A stretch of 64,000 bases of DNA from Bacillus subtilis subsp. subtilis str. 168 (GTDB lineage: Bacteria > Bacillota > Bacilli > Bacillales > Bacillaceae): the NCBI RefSeq assembly GCF_000009045.1, contig NC_000964.3:3844001-3908000 (forward strand), in the 5' to 3' direction. This document shows, piece by piece, positions 41,240 through 52,289 of the stretch. Below the pieces are notes generated by a model, which saw only the letters and a list, made by a program, of their open reading frames with translations, was not told the DNA's origin and made no database searches. Within the stretch, counting starts at the first letter, position 1, and every line of letters starts with the position of its first letter. The position numbers were made by a program, and so were the translations under genes.

Positions 41240-41979
41240 CACTTTTCGTCCTGTCCTTTCCGTAAAGCCTGGTGTACAAGCTGGGAAGCGAGATAAAGCG
41301 ATTCGTGAGTTCCGGCATCTACCCACCAGCCTGATAACACATCATACGTAAGCTGGCTGTTTTCGATGTATAGATTATTCACATCGGTGATTTCCAGCTC
41401 GCCGCGCTTTGATGGTGATATTTGTTCAATATATGAAAACACCTCTGCATCATACATATAAATGCCGGTAACACAAAGGTTGGTCGGTGGCTGTTCGGGC
41501 TTTTCGATGATGGAACGAATCCGCTTGTTTTTCTCATCAATCTCAGCAATCCCGAAACGTTCCGGGTCATCAACTTCTTTCAGAAGCACTTTTGCTCCTT
41601 TCCCCTGCTGTTCAAAGCGTTCTGTATAAGGCTTTAATGAATCTTCAAATATATTATCACCTAATAATAAAATGAAAGACTCTTTTTTCGTAAAGCGCTT
41701 TGCATAAGACAGCCCATCCGAAATGCCCGATGCTGCCGGCTGTACTTGATAAGTGATAGTAACGCCAAGCTCTTCCCCGTTCCCAAGCAGTTTGTAAAAT
41801 TGCGGCATATGCTCCTTTTGGCTGATGAGTAAAATGTCTTTTATTCCGGCTTCCTGCAGCTTCATAATCGACCAGTATATCATCGGATACGGGCCTACAG
41901 GAAGCAAATGCTTGTTGACGGCTTTCGTTAAGGGCATAAGGCGTGAGCCGTTTCCTCCGGCTAAAATAACACCTTTCAC
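41239..41979 (-). CDS. spsI: Glucose-1-phosphate thymidylyltransferase (RmlA)
   Basis: 246 aa; [13 protein letters not shown] and RGELEITD. Confidence 0.96.
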
Positions 41980-42003
41980 ATTAACACTTCCTTACATGCA
42001 TTT

Positions 42004-43023
42004 TTATATCTCTTGTTCATATAAATCTTGAAGAATAGCTGTTACCCGTATAATGCCTTTGCCATCCACGAGCGGCCTTCCTCCCTTGTGCAAAGAAAGG
42101 CGAAGAGGATAGCTGCTCATAATGCGTGACATCTGATAGATGAGTGTTTCATCCGGTACAAGCTCACCCAATCCAAGATCAAGAGCGGCGCCTTGGTCAG
42201 CAAATGTTTTGGCTGTAGCCGTTTGATGCTCAACCTGAGAAAGAACAAGGCACGGCACGCCGATGCAAATGGCTTCATATAGAGAGATGCCGCCAGCGAC
42301 AATGGCTGCGTCCGCTTGTTTCATCAAACCTGCCATATCATTTGTCTGTTCGATCATCTTGTACTGCGGCTTCTTTTCGATCCGCCTTCGGACTGCCTCT
42401 TGATGCGGTGAAGCGCTCCCCATCACAAACATCATGTTTTTGTCTTTTATGTCGGGGACTTGATCAGCGGCAGCCAGCACTTTAAAAATAAGCTGCTTCG
42501 GATCACTTCCTCCTAATGCAACAAGGATATTGCGGCAGTCTTTCTTAAGTGTGTAATCCTCTCTTGCGGCCTGAAAGGCGGGGTGAAGAATAAGATAGTC
42601 CGGACCTTCATAGATGCGTGTGTTTCCCTGAACGTACACCCTGCTTCTGATGTCACCGTAAATTCCGTTAATGACTGCGTCACTATATTGAATCGATTTA
42701 CCGTTTTTCTCTTCAAAAAGAACAATTTTCGCATCTGTCTCCGTCTTTATTTTCTTTAACAGCTCTGCAGGCGCGCCTAGAATATCAAACAAAAGCAAAT
42801 CAAGCTTCTTGCTTTTTATTTCCCGGAGAATAAATTCGTGCTGCTGCAGCTCCGGCTTTACGATGACCTGCCAATGCTCTTCATGAAGAAACGCTTCAGA
42901 ATCCTGATTCGTATAAAACGTAATCAAGCATCGCTGTTTGAGCCCCTCCGCAAGCCTCTTCATCCGGACAACATGGCCCATTCCCTTTTCATAGCCGCCG
43001 TCTGCGAAGATCCCAACATGCAT
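42004..43023 (-). CDS. spsG: GT-B fold, PseG-like nucleotide-sugar hydrolase/glycosyltransferase
   Basis: 339 aa; DGGYEKGMGHVVR and GGSD motifs. Confidence 0.88.
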   Translation of the reverse strand: MHVGIFADGGYEKGMGHVVRMKRLAEGLKQRCLITFYTNQDSEAFLHEEHWQVIVKPELQQHEFILREIKSKKLDLLLFDILGAPAELLKKIKTETDAKIVLFEEKNGKSIQYSDAVINGIYGDIRSRVYVQGNTRIYEGPDYLILHPAFQAAREDYTLKKDCRNILVALGGSDPKQLIFKVLAAADQVPDIKDKNMMFVMGSASPHQEAVRRRIEKKPQYKMIEQTNDMAGLMKQADAAIVAGGISLYEAICIGVPCLVLSQVEHQTATAKTFADQGAALDLGLGELVPDETLIYQMSRIMSSYPLRLSLHKGGRPLVDGKGIIRVTAILQDLYEQEI

Positions 43024-43025
43024 GG

Positions 43026-43748
43026 CTAGTCAGCCTCTCGTTCGGTTGCCGCATCGGGGTTCCGGTTCAGAAGGGTGATAAGCTCTGAGGCGGATACATC
43101 GGGGCGCTCGCCTGCTTTTTGATAGAGGGCCTTTATCGATTCATAGTCTTCCTTTGTATCAATGGTCAGCCGATATTGAGGGGCGCGAAATCGTTCCGGC
43201 GCCTCTAAAAACTGAACACGATAAAGAGCTGGATGATTCCTTATATATAACGTGACATGCTCCTGATATTGATCCTCCAAAGCCTGAATACGGCTGATGT
43301 CAATTAACAGGTTGGCGTTGACCACTTCGCCGCAAATCCCTAATGGGGCATTCAGGATATACGTATAATCCGAGCCTTGATCAAAATGCGCCTGAATCAT
43401 TACATCGAGCAGCTCAGGATCGACAAACGGATTATCACCTGTTAACCGGATGATGACTGACGGTTTAACAGCTTCTATGACCTTCACAAACCTATCGAGG
43501 ACACGTTCTTCGCTCCCGCGGAAAACACGAAAGCCTTGTTTGATACAGTGCGCCTCTAATATGTCGTCAGTTTCTTTGTCAGACGTGGCGATGACAAGAT
43601 TATCCCGATCCTTTTGGTAAAACGCGCTTTGCCGGACACGGTGAACGAGAATATCAAGTAAACGATTCGATCCGAGCGGCCGAAGCACTTTTCCCGGAAG
43701 CCTTGTTGAACCCATTCTTGCTTGAATGATAAAGAGAATATCATTCAT
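43026..43748 (-). CDS. spsF: Cytidylyltransferase-like (CMP-nonulosonate synthetase)
   Basis: 240 aa; IQARMGSTRLPGK and RLTGDNPF. Confidence 0.9.
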   Translation of the reverse strand: MNDILFIIQARMGSTRLPGKVLRPLGSNRLLDILVHRVRQSAFYQKDRDNLVIATSDKETDDILEAHCIKQGFRVFRGSEERVLDRFVKVIEAVKPSVIIRLTGDNPFVDPELLDVMIQAHFDQGSDYTYILNAPLGICGEVVNANLLIDISRIQALEDQYQEHVTLYIRNHPALYRVQFLEAPERFRAPQYRLTIDTKEDYESIKALYQKAGERPDVSASELITLLNRNPDAATEREAD

Positions 43749-44862
43749 GAAACGGGCTGTCCTTCAGTAAAATGTCATCCCAGACAATGCCTGTGTCGGC
43801 TGGAATGTCTCTTACAGCCCGAACACCGCTGGTCAGCAGTTCAAAAAATCTCGGGTGCAGCCCCTGCGGCTTTTGTCCGGGCCGAAGCACTGCGATATTG
43901 TCTTCACTAAAGGCTTCACCTTTTTGAATCGGAGCTGTTGTAAAAATGCCTCTGTATGCAAAGTTTCTGATTTCTCCTTCGATGGCGGTCGTTGTTTTGT
44001 ATGAACTGCCAAGCAGTTTTTCAGAGACCGGCTTTGTGATCCCCTGTTTCAGCTCAGCTTCCGTTTTCCTGATGCCATCGACCATTTCTTTCAATTCATC
44101 CGGATTTAATGCAAACGAGTGGTCAGCACCCGGCAGATTTTTATCGATCGTAAAATGCTTTTCTATCAGTTTTGCTCCGAGCCGAACCGCGGCACACGGC
44201 GCTTCTGTCGGATGCTCGCTATGATCGGAGAAGCCGATTACCGCCTCAGGAAAAGCGGCGGCAAGCATCGGAATGACGCTGAGGTTGCTGTACTCCGGCG
44301 GTGCTGGGTATTTCGCCACACAATGCATTATGGCAATTTGATTGTTTCCCTCTGCCCTGATGGTGCGCCAAGCTTCGTGAACATCAGAGATTTCAGCTCC
44401 GGCTGTCGAGAAAATCATCGGCCTGTTCAGCCGGGCGACATATTTAAGCAGCGGGAGATGGTTAATTTCATAGGATGCGATTTTAAAAGCGCTCGGCGAG
44501 GTAGACTGAAGCAGATCAGCTGACCCCTCGTCACATACCGTACTTAAAAAGATCACCTGCTTTTCGCGGCAGTAATCCAATAGCGGTAAAATCCACTCAG
44601 CAGGCATTTCCATAGATTGAACCAAAGAAAAAATAGAGACGTCCTTGCCCGCTGCCGTCTTGTACAAACCAGGATCTTTCTGGTACATCCTATCAGCTTG
44701 GAACATTTGAAATTTCACGGCATCCGCTCCCGCTTCCGCCGCGGCGTCTATCAGCGCAAAAGCCTGATCAAGCTTCCCGTCATGATTAATCCCCGCCTCA
44801 GCAATAATAAAAACAGGAGCGTCTTTGCCTACAGTTTTATTCGCGATCTGAAACGCTGCCAT
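43741..44862 (-). CDS. spsE: NeuB-family nonulosonic acid synthase with C-terminal SAF domain
   Basis: 373 aa; AEAGINHDG, KFQ, SDHS and EKHFT. Confidence 0.94.
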   Translation of the reverse strand: MAAFQIANKTVGKDAPVFIIAEAGINHDGKLDQAFALIDAAAEAGADAVKFQMFQADRMYQKDPGLYKTAAGKDVSIFSLVQSMEMPAEWILPLLDYCREKQVIFLSTVCDEGSADLLQSTSPSAFKIASYEINHLPLLKYVARLNRPMIFSTAGAEISDVHEAWRTIRAEGNNQIAIMHCVAKYPAPPEYSNLSVIPMLAAAFPEAVIGFSDHSEHPTEAPCAAVRLGAKLIEKHFTIDKNLPGADHSFALNPDELKEMVDGIRKTEAELKQGITKPVSEKLLGSSYKTTTAIEGEIRNFAYRGIFTTAPIQKGEAFSEDNIAVLRPGQKPQGLHPRFFELLTSGVRAVRDIPADTGIVWDDILLKDSPFHE

Positions 44863-45731
44863 TATTTCGCCTCCTTGCCCGGCCAAATATGATAATAGTA
44901 ATACGATTGTTCAGCGGTGAAGCCCATTCGTTCATAAAGGCGGATCGCCCTTACATTGTGAAGCTGCGTCCCCGCTGTTACCGTTCTATGCTTCTGGGTC
45001 TCCGGTTGTTCTATGAGATTCGCCAATAAATGAAACGCAATACGTTTCCCTTCAAATCCCGGCTTTACAGCCATCAAATCGAGAATGCACTCATCATCTC
45101 TTGATAAGCCCTGAAGATAGCCGATGACCTCGCCATTGTGTTTAGCGACAATATTGACCGCCGCCCTTCCATTCAGATTGTTTCGTGTCCACTCCTGAAA
45201 TATTTCGTTTGCTGCATCGCGGCTGAGATGAGGATCCTGAAAATATCTGCTTTTTGTAAACGAGTCTCGGGCCAGCTCACATATCGCTTCTGTGTCTCCG
45301 GGCTCAGGCGGGCCCAGTTCAAAAAATGGCGGTGTTTTGTCATAAAAAGACGGAGGCATCGCCAGCTTCAGCAAACTCCCGACAAAGTAAGAGGATGGCT
45401 GCTGTTGTATCACATGCGCGGCTCCGATATCTTCAGCCGGAACACGGACAAAGATAAAATCCGTTTCATCCATTTGGCGTACAGTATAAAAAGCTTCAAA
45501 CAGCCTCTTTAGCTGCCCGGTACTATTTGCCGCAAGAAGTTTGACGTTCATGACTTTCTTCTGAAGCACCTTGCTTTCCCACAAAGAATCTTCGTAAAGC
45601 AATACGCCTTGGAGCCTGCTGTTTTCAAAAAGGCCGAGGGAAAATTGATACGGAACATCCAATGTAAGCTTTCTGCTTTGGAGAAATTCCTCAATTGCCT
45701 CTTTGGAGACATTTTCTTTTACCGTATACAC
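44862..45731 (-). CDS. spsD: GNAT acetyltransferase
   Basis: 289 aa; C-terminal GNAT with NVRAIRLYERMGF. Confidence 0.9.
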   Translation of the reverse strand: MYTVKENVSKEAIEEFLQSRKLTLDVPYQFSLGLFENSRLQGVLLYEDSLWESKVLQKKVMNVKLLAANSTGQLKRLFEAFYTVRQMDETDFIFVRVPAEDIGAAHVIQQQPSSYFVGSLLKLAMPPSFYDKTPPFFELGPPEPGDTEAICELARDSFTKSRYFQDPHLSRDAANEIFQEWTRNNLNGRAAVNIVAKHNGEVIGYLQGLSRDDECILDLMAVKPGFEGKRIAFHLLANLIEQPETQKHRTVTAGTQLHNVRAIRLYERMGFTAEQSYYYYHIWPGKEAK

Positions 45732-46901
45732 TTAATCAGCCCCTTTTACGATATCCCGCACAGCTTCAATGACATCATCTACATCATCGTCAGACATTGA
45801 TGGATAGAGCGGGAGAGAAAGGGTTCGTTTATAGTAATTCATGGCATTCGGAAAGTCCGCTTCCTTATATCCAAATTGCTTTTGATAATACGGATGAATG
45901 TGTACTGGAATAAAATGAACGCTAGTGCCGATATTGTATTCATCCTTTAAAGCCGTAATCATTTCGCTGCGCGTAACCCCGGCCTTTTTTTCATCAACTT
46001 GCAGAACATATAGATGCCAGGCGTGCCTGCCGTCATCATGGACAAACGGCGTGATCAGCCCAGGAATCTGCTGAAAAGCGGTTTGATAGCGGCCGGCAAT
46101 CTCTTCTCTCCGTTTCTGCATATCATCCAGCCGTTTCAGCTGATGAAGTCCGAGGGCCGCCTGCAAATCAAACATATTCATCTTATAGCCGGGCGATTCG
46201 ACTTCATAGTACCAGCTGCCATTTGAAGAATAACGGTTCCATGCGGCTTTACTCATGCCGTGAAGGCTTAGCACCCGTATCTTATCGGCAAGCTCCTCAT
46301 CATCAGTCGTCAGCATGCCGCCTTCCCCTGTCGCGAGGTTTTTGGTGGCGTAAAAGCTGAATGCCGTTGCATCCCCGATAGAACCGATCATTCTTTGCTT
46401 ATAAGTCGTATATACCGCATGTGCCGCATCCTCCAGCACGAATAAACCATGATTTTGGGCAACAGCCAATATTGCATCCATATCGCAGGACTGCCCGCCA
46501 AAGTGGACGGGCACAACTGCTTTCGTTCGCGGTGTGACGGCCGCCTCAAGCTTTACCGGGTCAATATTGAGCGTGTTTTCGTCAATATCCGCAAACACAG
46601 GCGTCGCTCCCGTATGAATAATCGTATTGGCGGTCGAGCTGAACGTAAGCGGAGAGGTAATGACCTCGTCCCCGGGCCCAATCCCTTTTGCTTTCAAAGC
46701 CAAAAATAAAGCTGCGGTACATGAATTCACCGCCACGGCGTGCTTCGCCCCGACAAACGCGGCAAACTCTTTTTCAAACTGCTGAACCTTCGGGCCTTTA
46801 GAGAGCCATCCCGATTCAAGCGTTTCTGTAACCTCCTGAATTTCTTCCTTACCGATTAACGGCAATGAGTAAGGGAGAAAATGATTTCTCTTTTGCACCA
46901 T
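45732..46901 (-). CDS. spsC: DegT/DnrJ/EryC1 PLP sugar aminotransferase
   Basis: 389 aa; VNSCTAAL, EDAAHA and SFYATKNLATGEGG. Confidence 0.95.
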   Translation of the reverse strand: MVQKRNHFLPYSLPLIGKEEIQEVTETLESGWLSKGPKVQQFEKEFAAFVGAKHAVAVNSCTAALFLALKAKGIGPGDEVITSPLTFSSTANTIIHTGATPVFADIDENTLNIDPVKLEAAVTPRTKAVVPVHFGGQSCDMDAILAVAQNHGLFVLEDAAHAVYTTYKQRMIGSIGDATAFSFYATKNLATGEGGMLTTDDEELADKIRVLSLHGMSKAAWNRYSSNGSWYYEVESPGYKMNMFDLQAALGLHQLKRLDDMQKRREEIAGRYQTAFQQIPGLITPFVHDDGRHAWHLYVLQVDEKKAGVTRSEMITALKDEYNIGTSVHFIPVHIHPYYQKQFGYKEADFPNAMNYYKRTLSLPLYPSMSDDDVDDVIEAVRDIVKGAD

Positions 46902-46921
46902 TTCTTTGCGCTCCTATCATT

Positions 46922-48346
46922 TTATTCAGTATCTTCCCGCCTGTAATCAACCCCTGTTTTGGCTTTCAGTTCCGCAAATAAAGCATTTGTTGATTCTGCC
47001 ACCGGATAATTAGCCGCTATGAATGCCAGGCGCGCCTCTTCTGCTTTTTGATGCACGTCGGGACTTCGAAGAACCTCAACCAAGGTGTGCGCCAGTTCAT
47101 CCGGCTGGTCAAACATAAAATCGCCAAGAGACTCATAATACGGATACGAGCGATTTCCGGACGATTTTCCTATCAGCACAGGCTTTTGAAACAGCATGGC
47201 TTCAAGACCGACTGTCGAGGTTTGCGTCACTGCGGCATCAACATACGGCAGCAAATCATAAAGCTCCAGCTCCTTTTTGATGACTCTGCATGCTTGATGT
47301 TTTTTCGCCGCCTCGTGATACAGATCAAGCTTGTTTTTTCCGATTTCCCACGGGTGGGGTTTGATAATGATTTGCAGCTGCTTCTGATCAGAAAGCCCCT
47401 GCAGCACACCGGAATAAAAGTCTTCTGAAAAGGGCTGAGTGGCAATGAGCACAATTTTTTTAGTCGGCTGAAAAGCAAGTTTTCGATAGAATATGGACAT
47501 ATCCATAGGCGTTCTGTTAAAAATCTGATCGAAGCGGGGATGTCCCGTTACGAGAATCTGCTCGGGTTTACAGCCTTTTCGTATGAACCACTCTGCTTCA
47601 TACGCACCAAAAACAGCTTGATAGGTTGTAAAAACAGGAATGAAGGCTTCATCTCCCATCAATGCGCCATGCTGAAGACAAATGCTGACGGCCCCTTTTC
47701 TTTGACACATGAGAGCGAGCACCCTGCTGTAAATGTCTTCTGCCGTTCCGACAATAACAGCTGAAATCTTTTCCTGTTCAAACAGCGCATCAACTGTATC
47801 AATGGCCTCTATAAATAAAGGAATATCTTTGAAAAGCCGGTCGCGAAACGCTTGATCACCAAATGCCGGGTGATCATCATAAGGGGCGAGAAGCGAACAG
47901 GCTGTTTCGAGATACTGCTTCGAATCGCCTTTTTGGCATGAATCCGCAATCTCCCGCTTGCTAATTACAGGCAGATCACAATAATGCGGCAAACTCCATC
48001 TGGCCAAAACAGCCGTTTTTTCAGGATCAAATTGATAGTAATTTTCGTTTGAAAAACGCAGGTAATCAAAGTGCAAAATGACTTTCCCTTTAACAGGTTC
48101 GTCATTTGTTTTAACGATGTTTTGGATTCTTTCTTCAAAAAACGGCTGAATCTGTCCCTCATCGATATGCTGATCCACCGATCCGAATAATTCCGGTTCT
48201 TCTTCCATCATCACCCTCAGTTCAGGGCTGATGTATTGATAAAAATTACTGATAAGCCCAAGCGGAATCCCTTTGTAGCGAAGTTTGTCAAAAAGCTCCA
48301 CGTACTTCCGGTACAGCACCCAATAATTGCTTAAATAGGCCGACAA
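46922..48346 (-). CDS. spsB: Spore polysaccharide protein, GT-B/glycerophosphotransferase-like
   Basis: 474 aa from TTG after RBS GGGGTGA (alternative ATG at 48364); QHG, TGHPRFD, KPHP and STVGLEA. Confidence 0.88.
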
Positions 48347-48350
48347 GCTC

Positions 48351-49124
<774 letters not shown>

Positions 49125-49164
49125 CTACACCTCCTTCTTGGAACTTCACACCTGAAACTATCGT

Positions 49165-49193
49165 TATCTTATGTTGCTTATGCTCAAGTTGCG
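49165..49193 (-). promoter_or_regulatory. SigK-type promoter of the sps operon
   Basis: CGCA-N16-CATAAGATA fits HDCA-N16-CATANNNDD. Confidence 0.72.
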
Positions 49194-49440
49194 CTAGGGA
49201 TACAAACCAATATGCGAAAAGTTTGTGTATGTTTCTGAAAAACAGCGGCTGCCCAGAGCGAAATCTGATCGGTCCGCTGTTCTTTTTCAGCATAATCCAA
49301 GCATCAGCCTCATAAGGTGAAAGAGATAAAAATCGCACCAGCGACTAAGATCGTTTTCCATCGGAGGTGAGTCATCGCGGAGCGTTCACCTATACATCCA
49401 GAACATGTTTTGAATGGTTTTCATAAAAAGGAGGAACGAT

Positions 49441-49986
49441 ATGAAACCGAAAAAAAATCAATATCAGCAAATGCAGGCATTTGATAATATGCAGGGGTAT
49501 CAGCCTCAGTTTGGCGCCAACCCGTACCCGCAGCAAGGCCAAGGCTCACAAATGCAGACAATGGGGATGCAGCCAATGATGCCAATGCAGCAGGGACAGC
49601 AAGGACAACAAGGACAGCAGGGATTTGGATTCCCGGGCCAGCAGCAGGGCGGCGGTTTTCAAATTCCATCGGGGCCTACACCGTCAGGACCGGGCCAAAG
49701 CGTTCCCGGCATGCTGCCTGTTGAGGAATCTTACATCGAGAATATTTTGCGCCTGAATCGGGGAAAAACGGCCACCATTTATATGACATTTGAAAACAGC
49801 AAGGAATGGGGCTCGAAGATTTTTCGCGGCGTCATCGAAGCTGCGGGCCGGGATCACATTATTATCAGCGACCCGAAATCAGGAACACGCTACCTGCTCC
49901 TGACAATCTACCTCGATTACATTACATTTGATGAAGAAATTGCTTATACGTATCCATATTCCATGGCGTCCTATTCGCCAAGATAA
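49441..49986 (+). CDS. gerQ: Spore coat protein GerQ
   Basis: 181 aa; Lys-containing start MKPKK, Q/G/P-rich N-terminus, EESYIENILRLNRGK; RBS AAGGAGG. Confidence 0.96.
   Translation: MKPKKNQYQQMQAFDNMQGYQPQFGANPYPQQGQGSQMQTMGMQPMMPMQQGQQGQQGQQGFGFPGQQQGGGFQIPSGPTPSGPGQSVPGMLPVEESYIENILRLNRGKTATIYMTFENSKEWGSKIFRGVIEAAGRDHIIISDPKSGTRYLLLTIYLDYITFDEEIAYTYPYSMASYSPR
49588..49623 (+). repeat. 4 x 9-bp coding tandem repeat (QQG)4 in gerQ
   Basis: cagcaggga cagcaagga caacaagga cagcaggga. Confidence 0.9.
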
Positions 49987-49987
49987 G

Positions 49988-50027
49988 AAAAAAGCCAATC
50001 ACTCATATGATGAGGATTGGCTTTTTT
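49988..50027. terminator. Bidirectional terminator gerQ/ywdK
   Basis: AAAAAAGCCAATC...GATTGGCTTTTTT. Confidence 0.88.
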
Positions 50028-50029
50028 GT

Positions 50030-50401
50030 TTATAGATATTTGACGGCTGCGACAACGATCATAATCCAAGAAATAATAAACGCCACACCGCCGAGCGGGG
50101 TGATCGCTCCAAGAATGGAGATTTGCGTCACACTTAGAATATATAAGCTTCCGGAAAACAGCACAATTCCCGCAAACATCAGCCAGCCGGCTGTCGTGAC
50201 ACTGCCTATGCCGGATAATTTATCAGCCAGAAACGCGACAACGAATAACCCAAGGGCGTGATACATATGATACTGCACGCCTGTGTGCCAAACCTGAAGA
50301 TACTTATCAGGTATTTTCCCTTCTAATCCGTGAGCGCCGAATGCTCCGAGTCCCACGGCAAGCAGGGCGTTAATGGCCCCTAATATGATAAAAACTTTCA
50401 T
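50030..50401 (-). CDS. ywdK: DUF423 small membrane protein
   Basis: 123 aa; [13 protein letters not shown] and FSGSLY...ITPLGG. Confidence 0.92.
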   Translation of the reverse strand: MKVFIILGAINALLAVGLGAFGAHGLEGKIPDKYLQVWHTGVQYHMYHALGLFVVAFLADKLSGIGSVTTAGWLMFAGIVLFSGSLYILSVTQISILGAITPLGGVAFIISWIMIVVAAVKYL

Positions 50402-50462
50402 CTATCTCTCCCGCCTTTTCGTTAAACTCATATCATTTATCTTATCGCACCTGCACCAAAAT

Positions 50463-51785
50463 TCAATGTTTGTTCTCCGTTGACACGAGATTGTCGGATT
50501 TTCTCCTGCGCCAAAGCTGGAACTGGTCAGCTGCTATTGCAGCAAGCGTCCCTAATACGAGCCCGTTGCTTAATAGAGAAATAAATACCGGATGCAATCC
50601 CTTTAACGCAGTTTCAGGAACAAACATGATACCGACCCCTGTCAGCAGTGAGATACCGATGATAGACCTCACCCTTTTTGATTCTTCTTTCTCATATGAA
50701 TCAAATTCGGCAAAGGCCAGACCGCCCATTGCGGAGAACACAACAAAATTCACCGCAAATCCAACGGGTGACGGCAGGCTCGCAAACGTATTCATAAAAA
50801 ACGGGATCACGCTGATCACGATAACCAGAATACTGCCGAGCATAAACGGTTTTTTAGAAGGCATCTTGGTCGTTTCAATAAAACCTGCGGCTCCCGAAAT
50901 CGGAACAGGCGCAATAGCTCCCGTCAAACCGCTAAGCAGATGGCTGAATGAAGCTGCAAAACCGGCATGGCGTTCATGATGCTTTCCATCAGGCTGTTTG
51001 CTGAATTTTTTCATGGCGATGTCCACGACCTTCATGCTCGCCAGCATATTCACGATCAGCAAGATGGTAATAAAAATAGAAGTGATGATCAGGCCGCTGT
51101 TAAATAACGGGGTCCCAAAAGGAAACAGGGAAGGCAGCTGAAACAGCCGGTCCGGCATTTCAATCGGCTTTGCGGCTCCGGCAGCCGCAAACAGCACCCA
51201 CCCGCCGAACAAGGCTAATAAAATAGAATATTGCTTAAAAAACATGATGTTCGAATTTGTCATTATAAAAGCGGCAGCGATCACAACAAGCGCCAGGCCA
51301 AATACAAGACCGTCCACCCCGTCCTGTCGATAACCGATTCCGAGAATTCCTTTTATAATGGGCTGACTCAGCTGCATGACAAGAAGCAATAAATAGACGC
51401 CCGTTACAACCGGAGTAAACAATTTTGCAAGTCTGTCAATGACCTTGAAAACACTTAACAAAAAGAAACATACAGCGCTTACAAGAAGAGCTCCCTGCAA
51501 ACCCCGCAGTGTGTCTCCATATGTCGCAAACACAGTTCCCGTCAGCCCTGCGTAAATCGTATACACTCCCCACCACAAGCCGGCTGGGCTTTCATTGATC
51601 GGCAGTCTGTGGCCTTTCAAACACTGAATGACGGCGGCAATTCCCAGTACAAAAAAAGTGCTTTGAATCAATCTTGCAGAATCTGAGTGATCCAGATGAA
51701 ACGACTGGGCAACCGCCACCGGAACAACAATCGCCGCAGCAATAATAAACGCTGTCCATTGCAGCGCGCCAAGAACCAATTTCAC
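50463..51785 (-). CDS. ywdJ: NCS2-like purine/pyrimidine permease
   Basis: 440 aa, multi-TM; LFTPVVTG; GTG start. Confidence 0.85.
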   Translation of the reverse strand: MKLVLGALQWTAFIIAAAIVVPVAVAQSFHLDHSDSARLIQSTFFVLGIAAVIQCLKGHRLPINESPAGLWWGVYTIYAGLTGTVFATYGDTLRGLQGALLVSAVCFFLLSVFKVIDRLAKLFTPVVTGVYLLLLVMQLSQPIIKGILGIGYRQDGVDGLVFGLALVVIAAAFIMTNSNIMFFKQYSILLALFGGWVLFAAAGAAKPIEMPDRLFQLPSLFPFGTPLFNSGLIITSIFITILLIVNMLASMKVVDIAMKKFSKQPDGKHHERHAGFAASFSHLLSGLTGAIAPVPISGAAGFIETTKMPSKKPFMLGSILVIVISVIPFFMNTFASLPSPVGFAVNFVVFSAMGGLAFAEFDSYEKEESKRVRSIIGISLLTGVGIMFVPETALKGLHPVFISLLSNGLVLGTLAAIAADQFQLWRRRKSDNLVSTENKH

Positions 51786-51804
51786 GTAAGCTCAACCTCT
51801 CTCT

Positions 51805-52122
51805 TTAAAAATCAAATAAAGACTCTCCGTTTCCATCCTCTTCCTGCTTCTCTTTTTCTTGCTTTCGATATTTGTTTAATCCCGCGCTCCCCATCATTTT
51901 TTCCATCATCAGCTGGTCTGTCGATGGCGGCGCGGCGGGACTTGGCGTAACGCTCGGCTGTATGCGGGGCGCGCTCGCGTTCTCCGGCTGATCAAGCACG
52001 ACATCACACAGAGAACGGACAACCGCTACATAACGCTTCAGCTCCTCATCCCGTTCAGCCGTTTTTGCTTTTTTTAGCTCTTCTTCCATCTTTTGAATCA
52101 AAGCAGATATATGAATGTTCAT
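51805..52122 (-). CDS. ywdI: YwdI-family small protein
   Basis: 105 aa from the ATG after RBS GGAGG; ends GNGESLFDF. Confidence 0.85.
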   Translation of the reverse strand: MNIHISALIQKMEEELKKAKTAERDEELKRYVAVVRSLCDVVLDQPENASAPRIQPSVTPSPAAPPSTDQLMMEKMMGSAGLNKYRKQEKEKQEEDGNGESLFDF

Positions 52123-52197
52123 GAAGCACCCTCCAAAAAAATAAATGTTGTCTTCCTGCATTTTATCAAATTCCTGCTGAAAACGCAGATATGAGTT

Positions 52198-52214
52198 TGT
52201 TATTTTTTCTGACA
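52198..52214. promoter_or_regulatory. TnrA/GlnR box upstream of ywdIJK
   Basis: TGTTA-N7-TGACA is a perfect match to TGTNA-N7-TNACA; extended -10 TG-a-TAAAAT at 52160-52168 (minus strand). Confidence 0.82.
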
Positions 52215-52289
52215 AACCTTGCGCGATTGACAAGCAGAAGAGATTTTTCACATAATAAATCACCATACCTTACAAAAAGGAGAAACGGA

